Assembly: GCF_039974535.1 (NCBI RefSeq) | Contig: NZ_JBDWIU010000012.1 | Coordinates: forward strand, 135,045 to 199,044 | Direction of reading: 5' to 3' | Source: Litoreibacter sp. | GTDB lineage: Bacteria > Pseudomonadota > Alphaproteobacteria > Rhodobacterales > Rhodobacteraceae | DNA: 64,000 nt | Shown here: positions 35,126 through 45,987 of the stretch, piece after piece | Layout: every line of letters starts with the position of its first letter | How positions within the stretch are numbered: the stretch's first letter is position 1 | Translations under genes and position numbers: made by a program | The notes under the pieces: model-generated | The model's database searches: none | What the model was told of the DNA's origin: nothing | The model's input: only the letters and a program-made list of their open reading frames with translations

Positions 35126-35602
35126 TCAATTGCCAAGCTCAAGCGCTTGTGTCGCACGTTTCTCTTCAAGTTCTTGGCGCCTTAACGGGATTTTATCGAT
35201 GGCGCGGGATAACTCGCGCACGTCCCAAGGGAAGGGCTTGCGTAGCTTCACGCCGCCGTCTTTGCCGATCAGCACCAACATGAACCCCCGTGGGCGCAAT
35301 TTTTCGCGAATGGCGGATGGCTCTTGTGGGTCGGTATCCACCAAAACCACCACATCGCGATCGACTAAGGCATCTGCGCGGGCCTCTAGTAATTCGATCT
35401 GGCGCTTGAAACGTGGGTCGGCTGGGGTGTCGGAAAACACCACAATGGGCCGTTTGAGCCAGAGAAAATCACTCAAATTAGCCTCAACTGCGTCATATGG
35501 GCCGATAGGTGACCCATCTTGCAACGCCTCTTCAGGCAGGCTTGCTGCAAGCGTGTTGGTGGCAAATAATGCTGAAAAAACAAGTGTGATAGCGTGCTTC
35601 AT
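35126..35602 (-). CDS. DUF4174 domain secreted protein; start ATG 35602
   Basis: Signal peptide; LW..RPIVVF.D...DPRF..Q, RDVVV, F.LVLIGKDGGVK, IDKIP.R..E. Confidence 0.88.
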   Translation of the reverse strand: MKHAITLVFSALFATNTLAASLPEEALQDGSPIGPYDAVEANLSDFLWLKRPIVVFSDTPADPRFKRQIELLEARADALVDRDVVVLVDTDPQEPSAIREKLRPRGFMLVLIGKDGGVKLRKPFPWDVRELSRAIDKIPLRRQELEEKRATQALELGN

Positions 35603-35768
35603 GGCACCTCCCTGTGACCCCAATATAGGGGGCATTTGCAGGAATGGAATGGGAGGATTGCGCACAATTTCGCCAATTGCCCCCGTTAAGCGAATGATCA
35701 GCCTTTGCAGGCACACCGAATGCTCCAGCTTGCCGCATAGGGTGGCGGGCGCGTTGGGGGCGTGTGTT

Positions 35769-36728
35769 GTGGAAATTTGCTTACATTTAGGGGCGCATAG
35801 AACCGGATCGACCGGTTTGCAGGTGTTGTTGAACAGCCAGCGGGCAGAGTTGCGTCGCGCGGGCGTGGCGTATTGGGGGCCGGACAAAACGCGCAATGGC
35901 TTGTTGGCGGGGCTGATTAAAGACCCATCACAGGTGAACGGGCCAGGCAAAGCACTAGGTGAGCGTTCATGTGGGCGGCTTCGCATGGAGTTTGCGCGGT
36001 TAGAAGTTGAACACCGGCAACAGCTTGTGATTAGCGAAGAAAACCTGATCGGCACCATGGCGCAAAACCTGAGCGCCGTCCGCCTCTATGGGCAGGCCGC
36101 GGATAGGCTGGCCCGGGTTCGCCCCGCGTTTGAGGGGCGTAAATTGCGCATTGGTTTGGCAATCCGCGCATATGATTTGCACTGGGCCTCACAATTGGCG
36201 TTTCGCGCGGAAATGGGAGCAAGTCTGCCTTCTCCTGCGAAATTAGATCGGCTCGTGACCCAGCCACGTCGTTGGTGCGATCTGATTGCAGATATTAAGA
36301 CCATATTCCCAAACGCCTCGATTGTGGTTTGGCCGTTTGAGGGCTGGGTGTCTAACCCGCTCCCTCTGGTGTCCGGTATACTTGGGCGGGAAATTCCATT
36401 GGGGGCATTGGAAAAGCCGCACAAATCCAACGCCTCCGCGACAGCGACGCAACTCGCAAGTATCGCGGCTGAGCGCGGTGACATCGACACGGCACTTCGG
36501 CTGGCCTCGGCTGGGCAGGGCGCACGCTACATGCCGTTTAATGCCGACCAATTGCTCAAATTAAAACAAGACTACCGCGCAGATATCTCTTGGCTCAAAG
36601 CCAATGCGACAGGTTCTGCGGGAATGACCTATTTAGACCCGACCGGAGGCACATTCGGCGAGGCAGACATGACAGAAGGAAGCCATCATGAGCGACGACA
36701 GACGAAAAGCGTGGGAAGCACGCGCTGA
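35769..36728 (+). CDS. Sulfotransferase-like P-loop protein of unknown function; start GTG 35769
   Basis: [12 protein letters not shown]-terminal motif and VISEEN segment. The ORF-track extension to 35016 overlaps DUF4174 and is spurious. Confidence 0.72.
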   Translation: MEICLHLGAHRTGSTGLQVLLNSQRAELRRAGVAYWGPDKTRNGLLAGLIKDPSQVNGPGKALGERSCGRLRMEFARLEVEHRQQLVISEENLIGTMAQNLSAVRLYGQAADRLARVRPAFEGRKLRIGLAIRAYDLHWASQLAFRAEMGASLPSPAKLDRLVTQPRRWCDLIADIKTIFPNASIVVWPFEGWVSNPLPLVSGILGREIPLGALEKPHKSNASATATQLASIAAERGDIDTALRLASAGQGARYMPFNADQLLKLKQDYRADISWLKANATGSAGMTYLDPTGGTFGEADMTEGSHHERRQTKSVGSTR

Positions 36729-38823
36729 GAAAGAGCTGCGCGGCCGTCCTTTAGATGGTTTGACGTGGGACAGCCCCGAAGGGATCGCGATCCAGCCGGT
36801 TTATACCGAGGATGACGCGGCTGATTTGGACCACATGGGCTCCATGCCCGGGGAAGGGCCATTCACCCGTGGGCCGCGATCTACCATGTACACGGGCCGC
36901 CCTTGGACGATCCGTCAATATGCGGGCTTCTCCACGGCGGAAGAATCCAATGCCTTCTACCGCAAAGCACTGGATGCGGGGCAACAAGGCGTGTCCGTGG
37001 CATTCGATCTGGCCACGCACCGCGGCTACGACAGCGACCATGAGCGCGTGGTCGGTGACGTAGGCAAGGCGGGTGTGGCGATTGATAGCGTTGAGGACAT
37101 GAAAATCCTGTTCGACGGCATCCCCTTGGACAAAGTGTCGGTGTCGATGACCATGAACGGCGCGGTGATCCCCGTTCTGGCGTCCTTCATCGTCGCGGGC
37201 GAAGAGCAAGGCCATGACCGCGCGGTGCTATCGGGCACCATTCAGAACGACATTCTTAAAGAATTCATGGTGCGCAACACCTATATCTACCCGCCAGAGC
37301 CGTCGATGCGGATCGTGTCGGACATCATCGCCTACACGGCGTCTGATATGCCGAAGTTCAACTCGATCTCGATCTCGGGTTACCACATGCAAGAGGCGGG
37401 TGCGAACCTTGTCCAAGAGCTGGCTTTCACGCTGGCGGACGGGCGCGAATATGTGCGCGCGGCGATTGCAAACGGCATGGATGTGGATGCCTTCGCAGGG
37501 CGGCTTAGCTTCTTCTTCGCTATCGGCATGAACTTCTTTATGGAAGCCGCCAAACTGCGTGCGGCGCGGTTCTTGTGGCATAAGATCATGCAGGAGTTTG
37601 AGCCGAAGAAAGAGCAGTCTTCGATGCTGCGTACCCACTGCCAAACATCAGGGGTCAGCTTGCAAGAACAAGACCCCTACAACAACATCGTGCGCACCGC
37701 TTACGAGGCCATGTCGGCAGTCTTGGGCGGCACGCAATCGCTGCACACGAACTCGTTTGACGAGGCCATCGCGCTGCCGACGGCTTTCTCGTCACGGATT
37801 GCCCGCAACACCCAGTTGATTTTGCAAAATGAGACCAAGGTGACCAAGGTGGTCGACCCGTTGGCGGGGTCTTACTATGTAGAAAAACTGACCTCCGATC
37901 TGGCGGAAGAAGCTTGGAAGCTCATCGAAGAGATCGAGGAGATGGGGGGCATGACCAAGGCCGTGGCCTCCGGCATGCCAAAGCTGCGCATTGAGGAAGC
38001 TGCCGCTCTGCGTCAGGCACAAGTGGACCGTGGCGAGGAAGTGATCGTCGGCGTCAACAAGTTCCGTTTGGACAAAGAAGACCCGATCGATATTCTGGAT
38101 GTGGACAATGTCGCAGTGCGTCAAAGCCAGATCGCGCGACTTGAGAAGATCAAGGCCACGCGTGACCAATCTGTCTGTGACGCCGCTCTGAAGGCATTGG
38201 AAGCTGGCGCAACCACGGGTGAGGGCAACCTGCTGGCCTTGGCAGTAGACGCCGCCCGCGCACGGGCAACGGTAGGAGAGATCAGCATGGCAATGGAGAA
38301 ATCATTCGGCCGTCACCGCGCTGAGGTGAAGACTTTGGCGGGCGTCTACGGCGCAGCCTATGAGGGCGACGAGGGCTTCGCGGCGATCCAAAAAGACGTG
38401 GAGTCCTTCGCCGAGGAAGAAGGCCGCCGCCCGCGCATGTTGGTCGTGAAGATGGGCCAAGACGGCCATGACCGTGGGGCCAAGGTGATCGCCACGGCCT
38501 TTGCCGACATCGGCTTCGATGTGGATGTGGGCCCGCTGTTCCAAACCCCTGAGGAGGCGGCGCAAGACGCTGTGGACAACGATGTGCATGTCATCGGCAT
38601 CAGCTCTCAGGCGGCGGGGCACAAGACCTTGGCACCCAAACTGATAGAGGCATTGGACGCCGCAGGGGCAGGGGACATCTTGGTGATTTGTGGCGGGGTG
38701 ATCCCGCAGCAAGACTACGAGTTCCTGCAAAACGCGGGCGTCAAAGCGATCTTCGGGCCGGGGACGAACATTCCTGAAGCCGCAAAAGACATCCTAGCGC
38801 TGATCCGCAAAGCGCGCGGGTAA
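36688..38823 (+). CDS. scpA: Methylmalonyl-CoA mutase (B12-dependent)
   Basis: RGP...[30 protein letters not shown]12-binding motif. Confidence 0.97.
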   Translation: MSDDRRKAWEARAEKELRGRPLDGLTWDSPEGIAIQPVYTEDDAADLDHMGSMPGEGPFTRGPRSTMYTGRPWTIRQYAGFSTAEESNAFYRKALDAGQQGVSVAFDLATHRGYDSDHERVVGDVGKAGVAIDSVEDMKILFDGIPLDKVSVSMTMNGAVIPVLASFIVAGEEQGHDRAVLSGTIQNDILKEFMVRNTYIYPPEPSMRIVSDIIAYTASDMPKFNSISISGYHMQEAGANLVQELAFTLADGREYVRAAIANGMDVDAFAGRLSFFFAIGMNFFMEAAKLRAARFLWHKIMQEFEPKKEQSSMLRTHCQTSGVSLQEQDPYNNIVRTAYEAMSAVLGGTQSLHTNSFDEAIALPTAFSSRIARNTQLILQNETKVTKVVDPLAGSYYVEKLTSDLAEEAWKLIEEIEEMGGMTKAVASGMPKLRIEEAAALRQAQVDRGEEVIVGVNKFRLDKEDPIDILDVDNVAVRQSQIARLEKIKATRDQSVCDAALKALEAGATTGEGNLLALAVDAARARATVGEISMAMEKSFGRHRAEVKTLAGVYGAAYEGDEGFAAIQKDVESFAEEEGRRPRMLVVKMGQDGHDRGAKVIATAFADIGFDVDVGPLFQTPEEAAQDAVDNDVHVIGISSQAAGHKTLAPKLIEALDAAGAGDILVICGGVIPQQDYEFLQNAGVKAIFGPGTNIPEAAKDILALIRKARG

Positions 38824-38831
38824 TGGAGAAC

Positions 38832-38870
38832 CCTACGCCCACCTTTAGAGAGGTGGGCGTAGGAATTTTT
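38832..38870. terminator. 13-bp perfect hairpin between convergent mcm and nhaA
   Basis: CCTACGCCCACCT-TTAGAG-AGGTGGGCGTAGG followed by AATTTTT. Confidence 0.8.
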
Positions 38871-38884
38871 GGATGATGATGAAC

Positions 38885-40075
38885 TTACTCTGCCGGAAGG
38901 GCTTCTGGATCTTCATTGTTGCGCGCTGACGCGATCATCAATGCGGTGTATCCAAGGATCGCGGACAGGACCGACCCCGACAAGACGCCCAAGCGCACTT
39001 GGTTCATCATTGCTGGGTCCTCAAAGCTAAGGTTGCCGATGAACAGCGACATGGTGAACCCGATACCCGCAAGGCAGGCCACGCCGTAGATATGCAGCCA
39101 ATTGGCCCCATGTGGCAGCCGCGCCCACCCCAATTTGACCATCACGAACACGAAGCCAAAGACGCCTAGCTGCTTGCCGACGATCAGGCCCAACATGATG
39201 CCCAACGACAGTGGGGCGATGAAGTCGGCCATGGTGAGGCCGGTCAAAACCACGCCCGCGTTTGCGAAGGCAAAGACCGGAACGATCAAGTACAAAACGT
39301 AGGGAGCCAAGGCGTGCTCTAGGGCGTGCAAAGGCGACTTGCCGTATTTGTCCTTCAACGGGATGAAGAAGGCGGTGATCACCCCCGCAAGCGTCGCGTG
39401 CACGCCGGATTTCAGCACGAAGAACCACATAATCGCACCAAGCAGGATCGCAGGCGCTAAACGATGGGCACCCTTCATGTTCAACCATGCCAAACCTGCG
39501 AGCGGTGCCAAGGCGTAGAGCAGGTAGTCAACTTTCAGCTCGGCGGTGTAGAACAGAGCAATGATGATGATCGCGCCAAGGTCGTCGAGAATGGCTAGCG
39601 TCAGCAAGAACACCTTCAACGACACCGGGGCGCGTGACCCGACAAGGGCGAGTATGCCCAAGGCGAATGCGATATCTGTTGCGGCGGGGATGGCCCAGCC
39701 GCCAAGACTGGGCAGGCCCCAGTTGAAGTAAACGAAGACCACGGCTGGCAGCATCATGCCGCCAAGGGCCGCCACACCTGGAAGGATCACGTCGCGGGGG
39801 TTCTTTAGTTTCCCTTCAAGCAGCTCTCGTTTCAGCTCCAGTCCGATCAGGAAGAAGAAGATCGCCATGAGCCCGTCGTTGATCCACAAGATCAGCGCTT
39901 TCGAGAGGCCTCCGCCGTTGAGCGTCAGGGACAAGGTGGCATTCAGAAAACTGTCGTAGGCCGGGGCTAGGCTCGAGTTGGCGACAAGCAGGGCTGCAAC
40001 TGCTGATAACATCAACAATATGCCACCCGAGGCATCGTGGTTGAAGAACTTGTCGAAGGCGCGCGCGAGGCTCAT
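38885..40075 (-). CDS. nhaA: Na+/H+ antiporter NhaA
   Basis: WINDGLMAIFF, GWAIPAATDIAF, LAILDD, KSGVHAT, GIGFTMSLFI. Confidence 0.96.
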   Translation of the reverse strand: MSLARAFDKFFNHDASGGILLMLSAVAALLVANSSLAPAYDSFLNATLSLTLNGGGLSKALILWINDGLMAIFFFLIGLELKRELLEGKLKNPRDVILPGVAALGGMMLPAVVFVYFNWGLPSLGGWAIPAATDIAFALGILALVGSRAPVSLKVFLLTLAILDDLGAIIIIALFYTAELKVDYLLYALAPLAGLAWLNMKGAHRLAPAILLGAIMWFFVLKSGVHATLAGVITAFFIPLKDKYGKSPLHALEHALAPYVLYLIVPVFAFANAGVVLTGLTMADFIAPLSLGIMLGLIVGKQLGVFGFVFVMVKLGWARLPHGANWLHIYGVACLAGIGFTMSLFIGNLSFEDPAMMNQVRLGVLSGSVLSAILGYTALMIASARNNEDPEALPAE

Positions 40076-40244
40076 TACTGGGGTTCCTGTCGTAACTTGA
40101 GTGAATTTATAAGGTTACGCAGAGATATAGCGTTCGGATCACATTTTTATAACAGGGTGCGACAAGTTTTCGCGGTGAAATTGGGCCCGACCTTGAAACC
40201 GGCCTCTCCATAGGTCACATCTGGACCTAACAAGAGGAAAGTTT

Positions 40245-41321
40245 ATGGCATTACCAGTCCGCGATCAGGCGAAATATTGGGGCATTGCAACGGCGGTGTT
40301 CTTATTGGCGTTGTGGTATTTGGGCGATGTGATGCTGCCCTTTATCGTCGGTGGGGCAATTGCTTACGGGCTTGACCCCTTGGCAGACCGGTTAGAACGC
40401 ATGGGAGCCAGTCGCGTCGTCGCGACCACCGTGATCAGCCTAGTTGCGCTGTTTGTATTCATCTTGATGGCAGTGCTGATCATTCCAATGATCGTAGGGC
40501 AGGCGGCGGGCTTGTTCGAAAGCGCGCCAGAATTATTTGCCCGCCTGCGCGATTTTTTGTCCGAGCGTTTCCCATCCCTTGGTGACGAGACCTCAACCCT
40601 GCGCCAGTCCTTGGCCTCCATCGGTGCTACAATCCAAGAACGGGGCGGTGCCTTTGCCAAAAGTGTGTTTGCCTCTGCGCTGGGGGTTATCAATGCGGTT
40701 GTGTTCATCGTCGTCGTGCCCGTAGTGGCCTTTTACCTATTGCTGGATTGGGACAACCTGATTGCTAAAGTCGACACGTTGATACCGCGCGATCATGCCC
40801 CGCAGATCCGCAAGATCGCGGCGGAGATTGACATAACACTCGCAAGCTTTGTGCGCGGCCAGATGACCGTTTGCGCGGTCCTTGGGCTGTTCTACGCCGT
40901 AGGGCTTATACTGGTGGGGCTGCAATTTGGCCTCGTGGTGGGCTTCATCGCGGGCCTTATCTCGTTTATCCCATATATCGGTGCCGTCATTGGCGGCGTC
41001 TTGGCCGTTGGACTGGCGCTGTTCCAGTTTTGGGATACGCCTGTCATGATTGGCGCTGTGGCCGCCGTGTTCGTGGCTGGGCAATTTCTTGAGGGCAACA
41101 TCCTGACACCCAAGTTGGTAGGCGAAAGCGTGGGCTTGCATCCTGTTTGGCTGATGTTCGCCTTATCGGTTTTTGGGTCGTTGTTCGGCTTCGTCGGCAT
41201 GCTGGTAGCGGTGCCTGTGGCGGCCTCCATCGGCGTGGTGACGCGCTTTGGGACGGATCAATACCGTCTTAGCCGGCTGTACAAAGGGTTGGACAACAAC
41301 TCGGCGCAGGAAGACGAATAA
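40245..41321 (+). CDS. AI-2E family transporter (PerM-like)
   Basis: Multi-TM; FVRGQ, FIPYIG, LEGNILTPKLVG..VGLHP. Confidence 0.92.
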   Translation: MALPVRDQAKYWGIATAVFLLALWYLGDVMLPFIVGGAIAYGLDPLADRLERMGASRVVATTVISLVALFVFILMAVLIIPMIVGQAAGLFESAPELFARLRDFLSERFPSLGDETSTLRQSLASIGATIQERGGAFAKSVFASALGVINAVVFIVVVPVVAFYLLLDWDNLIAKVDTLIPRDHAPQIRKIAAEIDITLASFVRGQMTVCAVLGLFYAVGLILVGLQFGLVVGFIAGLISFIPYIGAVIGGVLAVGLALFQFWDTPVMIGAVAAVFVAGQFLEGNILTPKLVGESVGLHPVWLMFALSVFGSLFGFVGMLVAVPVAASIGVVTRFGTDQYRLSRLYKGLDNNSAQEDE

Positions 41322-41324
41322 ACG

Positions 41325-41996
41325 ATGTCTGAACAACTGGCCTTTACCTTGCCCGCGAAAGAAGCGCTGGGGCGGGAGGATTATTTTGTAGCTGACGCCA
41401 ATGCATTGGCTGTCGCCGCCGTTGAGGATTGGGCGAACTGGCCGCTGAACAAGTTGATCTTGGTTGGCCCGTCTGGTGCGGGGAAGACCCATCTTGCCAT
41501 GGTTTGGGCGCAAGACGCGGGTGCGCGTGTCGTCTCGGCGCGTGATTTGGCCGATCCTGTGGATTTGGCGCAAGGCCCGCTGGTTGTAGAGGATTTGCAC
41601 CGCATCGTCGGCGTGCGCGATTCCGAAGTGCAGGCGTTTCATTTGCACAACCTGATGCAAGAGGGCGCTCATCCACTGCTGGTCACCACAGCCACCGCCC
41701 CAGCACGGATGGATTTTGCGTTGCCGGACTTGCAAAGCCGCATGTCGGGAACGTCGGTCGCGAAGTTGGAGGCCTTGGACGATATGTTGCTGATGGCCTT
41801 GGTGATGAAGATGTTTTCGGACCGCCAAATTGCTATCAAGCCTGACCTTTTGAACTATGTGATGCCGCGATTGCCCCGCAGTTTTGAGGCTGTTCGCGGC
41901 TTTGTCGAGGCTATGGATGTGCGTGCATTGGCCGAGAAACGCCCCATTGGCAAAGGTTTGGCCCGTGATGTTTTGGCCGAAATTTCGTGTGATTAA
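41325..41996 (+). CDS. hdaA: DnaA regulatory inactivator HdaA
   Basis: N-terminal clamp-binding QLAFTL, Walker A GPSGAGKTHL, PDLQSR. Confidence 0.88.
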   Translation: MSEQLAFTLPAKEALGREDYFVADANALAVAAVEDWANWPLNKLILVGPSGAGKTHLAMVWAQDAGARVVSARDLADPVDLAQGPLVVEDLHRIVGVRDSEVQAFHLHNLMQEGAHPLLVTTATAPARMDFALPDLQSRMSGTSVAKLEALDDMLLMALVMKMFSDRQIAIKPDLLNYVMPRLPRSFEAVRGFVEAMDVRALAEKRPIGKGLARDVLAEISCD

Positions 41997-42077
41997 CATC
42001 CGAGCATCTGGACACCGCCGCGCTAAATCCCCACATTCGTCATTGTGACCCTACATTCTCAAATCAAGACGCTTCCT

Positions 42078-44252
42078 ATGTGTGGTGCCGACTTTCTGAC
42101 CGCCGATTACCCGCAACCCGTGGAGATCGCTGATCTCGACGCGCAGGGTCCGGATCGGTTCTTCAACCGCGAGCTAAGCTGGCTTGCGTTCAATTGGCGT
42201 GTCTTGGGCGAGGCCGCAAACCCGCGTGTCCCGCTGATGGAGCGTGTGCGCTTTCTTGCGATATCGTCCACAAATTTGGATGAATTTTACACCGTGCGGG
42301 TCGCTGGCCTGCGTGAGTTGGCGAATGCGGGCAAACGATCTCCGTCGGCAGATGGTCGCACGCCAGAAGAGCAACTGCTTCTAATTGACGAAGACGCCCG
42401 TGCGTTGATCACCAAGCAAGACGCGGTGTGGGAAGCGCTGAAAGGCGAGATGGAAGCCAGCAATATCCGTCTTTTGGACGAGGATTGCTTGAATGAGGCC
42501 GATCGTGAGTTTCTTGACCGCTACTTCATGTCAAATGTGTTTCCGGTGCTGTCGCCCTTGGCCATTGACCCCGCACACCCGTTCCCGTTTATCCCGAATG
42601 AAGGCTTCTCACTGGCGCTGCAGCTAGAGCGGGCCAAAGATGGGCGCACCCTGCAAGCGTTGTTGCCGATCCCCGCGCAAATTGAGCGTTTCATCACCAT
42701 GCCTGCGGGGCAGGGCGAGCAGCGCTTCTTGCCGATGGAAAAATTGCTGGTCCTCAAGATTGAGGAGATGTTCCCTGGCTATTCCGCGACGGGCCATTGC
42801 GCATTCCGCCTTCTGCGTGACAGCGATTTGGAGGTTGAAGAAGAAGCCGAAGACTTGGTGCGCGAATTTGAGGTGGCGTTGAAGCGGCGGCGGCGTGGGG
42901 AAGTTGTTCGCCTCAAGATGAGCTCAGGCGCGCCATCCAAGCTGCGAAAACTGGTGATGAAATCGCTTGAGGTGACCGAAAAGGACGTCATTGAAATTGC
43001 TGGCATGATTGGACTTGCTGATTTGGGGGAGCTGGTGTCTGCCGCCCCTCGAAACCTTTTATGGCCGTCCTTTACGCCGCGTGTGCCTGAACGTGTACAA
43101 GACAACGACGGCAATATGTTCGCGGCCATTCGCCAGAAGGACATGCTGCTGCACCACCCCTACGAGAGCTTCGACATGGTCGTGCGCTTCTTGGCGCAGG
43201 CGGCGCGGGACCCGAATGTGGTGGCGATCAAGCAAACCTTGTACCGCACCTCGAACCAAAGCCCGATTGTGGAGGCTTTGTGCGAAGCGGCGGAGAACGG
43301 CAAATCCGTCACCGCCTTGGTGGAGCTGAAAGCGCGCTTTGATGAGGCTGCTAATATCCGCCAATCGCGCAAGCTGGAACGCTCTGGTGCGCATGTCGTC
43401 TACGGGTTCATCAACTATAAAACCCACGCTAAGATCAGCACGGTGGTGCGGCGCGAGGGGGACACTTTGGTGACCTATACGCACTATGGCACTGGTAACT
43501 ACCACCCTATCACCGCGCGTATTTACACCGACCTGAGCCTGTTCACCTGTGATGCCTCTTTGGGGCGCGACGCGACCAAAGTGTTCAACTACATTGGCGG
43601 CTATGCTCAGCCTGAACACCTTGAAAACCTTTACCTTTCGCCCACGGGTATGAAGAAAAAGCTGATCAAGATGATCGACAAGGAAGCCTCTTTCGCGGCG
43701 GAGGGGAAGCCGGCAGAGATATGGGCCAAGATGAATGCGGTGGTCGAATCTGATGTGATTGATGCGCTTTACCGCGCCTCGCAGGCGGGGGTGAAAATCA
43801 GCCTTGTTGTGCGCGGCATTTGCGCGGTGCGCCCCGGCATCAAGGGGCTAAGCGAGAACATTCGGGTGAAGTCCATCGTCGGGCGGTTCTTGGAGCATTC
43901 GCGCATCGTGTGCTTTGGCAATGGGCACGGGCTGCCATCGAAGAAGGCCAAGGTCTACATGTCCTCCGCCGATTGGATGAGCCGCAACCTGAACCGCCGC
44001 GTGGAGACATTAGTCGAGATCACAAACAAGACCGTGCAAGCGCAGGTGATGAGCCAGATTATGGCCGCCAATCTGGCGGACACCACGCAAAGTTGGGTAC
44101 TGTCGCCGGATGGATCCTACGTGCGGGCGGATGTTGACGGGCAAGAGAACCCGTTCAACTGTCACCGCTTCTTCATGGAGAACCCGTCGCTGTCGGGCCG
44201 TGGCTCGGCGGGCGCGGGGGATGTGCCGGAGTTGACCCACACACCGGACTAG
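42078..44252 (+). CDS. ppk1: Polyphosphate kinase 1; start ATG 42078 (GTG 42045 possible)
   Basis: FFNRELSWL.FN.RV, LHHPY.SF, LKARFDE, KTHAK, GRFLEHSR, SSADWM.RNL.RRVE. Confidence 0.97.
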   Translation: MCGADFLTADYPQPVEIADLDAQGPDRFFNRELSWLAFNWRVLGEAANPRVPLMERVRFLAISSTNLDEFYTVRVAGLRELANAGKRSPSADGRTPEEQLLLIDEDARALITKQDAVWEALKGEMEASNIRLLDEDCLNEADREFLDRYFMSNVFPVLSPLAIDPAHPFPFIPNEGFSLALQLERAKDGRTLQALLPIPAQIERFITMPAGQGEQRFLPMEKLLVLKIEEMFPGYSATGHCAFRLLRDSDLEVEEEAEDLVREFEVALKRRRRGEVVRLKMSSGAPSKLRKLVMKSLEVTEKDVIEIAGMIGLADLGELVSAAPRNLLWPSFTPRVPERVQDNDGNMFAAIRQKDMLLHHPYESFDMVVRFLAQAARDPNVVAIKQTLYRTSNQSPIVEALCEAAENGKSVTALVELKARFDEAANIRQSRKLERSGAHVVYGFINYKTHAKISTVVRREGDTLVTYTHYGTGNYHPITARIYTDLSLFTCDASLGRDATKVFNYIGGYAQPEHLENLYLSPTGMKKKLIKMIDKEASFAAEGKPAEIWAKMNAVVESDVIDALYRASQAGVKISLVVRGICAVRPGIKGLSENIRVKSIVGRFLEHSRIVCFGNGHGLPSKKAKVYMSSADWMSRNLNRRVETLVEITNKTVQAQVMSQIMAANLADTTQSWVLSPDGSYVRADVDGQENPFNCHRFFMENPSLSGRGSAGAGDVPELTHTPD

Positions 44253-44357
44253 GTTTGCGCTGGCAAATTTAGCACAATGCACTCATTTCACATTGACGTG
44301 TGGGGCTGCCAAGCGGCATGGTCGAGGCCGGGAAATGAACCAAAAGCGAGACGAGCT

Positions 44358-45881
44358 TTGGACGGACATCACGACGACGACGGCCCCTTTGGCCGCCCCC
44401 TGTTCAACGACCCAAAATCCAAGGCGCTAAAGCGGGTAGGGGCCATTGACGTGGGCTCAAACTCTGTGCGGATGGTGGTGTTTGACGGCGCCGCGCGCAG
44501 CCCTGCGTATTTCTTTAACGAAAAGGTAATGGCGGGGTTAGGTGCGGGCGTTGCGGAAACGGGGCATCTCAACCCTGAAGGCCGCGACCGCGCGCTGGCC
44601 GCGTTGCGTCGCTTCGCGTTGTTGGCAAAGGGCATGGGCGTGTCGCCGATGACTTGCGTAGCGACCGCTGCGGTTCGCGACGCCGCGGATGGGCCGGATT
44701 TCTGCGCCGAGGTTGCCCGCGAGACCGGATTGAACCTTTGGGTCGCCGAAGGAGCGGAGGAAGCGCGACTGTCTGGTCAGGGCGTATTTCTTGGTTGGCC
44801 GGAGGCAAAAGGGTTGATGTGCGATATCGGCGGCTCCTCCATGGAATTGGCGGAATTGTCTGACGGGGCCGTTGGGCGGCGCGTGTCCTCGCAAATCGGC
44901 CCTTTGAAATTGATGAGCCTCAAGGGCGGGGCCAAAGCGCGCAAAGCCGTGATTGACGACACTGTGGATGATCTGCGCAGCCAAATTGATGGCGACTACA
45001 AGACGTTGTTCTTGGTGGGCGGCTCTTGGCGGGCAATCGCGCGGCTGGATATGGAGCGGCGCGGCTATCCGTTGAAGGTGCTTCACGAGTATCGAATGAC
45101 AGCCAAATCAATCCTGCAAACTGTGAAATGGATCAATAAATTTAGCGTGGACGAATTGCGGGCGATGACCGGTAATTCCGAGGCGCGGATGCGTTTGGTG
45201 CCGATTGCGGCTCAAGTGCTCAAGTCGCTGATCCAGCGGTTCAAACCCAAGTCGGTGGCGGTTTCAAGCTACGGGATCCGCGAAGGCTTGCTGTATGAGC
45301 AGATGCCGTTTGAGCTGAAACGCCGCGATCCTTTGATCGAAGCCTGCCGTTATGATGAGGCCGCGAACGCCCGTATTCCCGGATTTGGCAAGTTTTTGTA
45401 CCGCTTCATTGAACCCTTGTTTGAGAAGGCCTCGCCAGAGCGTATTCGCCTGATAAAAGCCGCTTGCCTGTTGCATGATGTCAGCTGGCGCGCGCACCCC
45501 GATTACCGTGCGGAGGTTGTTTTCGACAATTCCACCCGCGCCAATCTTGGGGGATTGGATCACGCAGGACGCGTTTTCTTGGGAACGGCTTTGCTGCACC
45601 GCTACAAGAATTCGCGCAATGGCACCCCGTTTCAAGAGTTGTTCGATCTGCTGTCCGCACGGGAACTGCGCGACGCCGAGGTGCTGGGCAAAGCCATGCG
45701 GTTTGGGGCGATGTTCTCGGTTCAACGACCTGAATTGATGGGGCAGCTCAAGTGGCACCCTAAAAAGCGGGTCCTGAAACTGAAGCTGCATCCTGATACG
45801 AAAGCCCTGTTTGGCGAGGTGGCACAGGCGCGGTTTGCATCCTTGGCCTCAGCGTTGGATGCGGAAACGGTGATCCGTTAG
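44358..45881 (+). CDS. ppx: Ppx/GppA exopolyphosphatase; start TTG 44358 assumed
   Basis: IDVGSNSVR, ATAAVRDA, EEARL, DIGGSS.E, GIREG, LLHD HD-like tail. Confidence 0.92.
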   Translation: MDGHHDDDGPFGRPLFNDPKSKALKRVGAIDVGSNSVRMVVFDGAARSPAYFFNEKVMAGLGAGVAETGHLNPEGRDRALAALRRFALLAKGMGVSPMTCVATAAVRDAADGPDFCAEVARETGLNLWVAEGAEEARLSGQGVFLGWPEAKGLMCDIGGSSMELAELSDGAVGRRVSSQIGPLKLMSLKGGAKARKAVIDDTVDDLRSQIDGDYKTLFLVGGSWRAIARLDMERRGYPLKVLHEYRMTAKSILQTVKWINKFSVDELRAMTGNSEARMRLVPIAAQVLKSLIQRFKPKSVAVSSYGIREGLLYEQMPFELKRRDPLIEACRYDEAANARIPGFGKFLYRFIEPLFEKASPERIRLIKAACLLHDVSWRAHPDYRAEVVFDNSTRANLGGLDHAGRVFLGTALLHRYKNSRNGTPFQELFDLLSARELRDAEVLGKAMRFGAMFSVQRPELMGQLKWHPKKRVLKLKLHPDTKALFGEVAQARFASLASALDAETVIR

Positions 45882-45987
45882 GCAGGCTGATTTTCTCGAT
45901 TTAGTGAAAAATCATACGCCCCAACTTGGCAAGGGGCGGGCATTGGCGTAACCCAAGTGCAACCACTCATGAGAGAGACCAAATATC

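Noticed and set aside
35016-35768. N-terminal 251 codons of the 570-aa ORF
   Set aside because: Antisense to DUF4174 and non-protein-like; the recognisable domain begins at GTG 35769.
38832-38863. REP/REPIN-like element (GTAGG/CCTAC ends)
   Set aside because: Single copy in 64 kb and no RAYT gene; sufficiently explained as a terminator.
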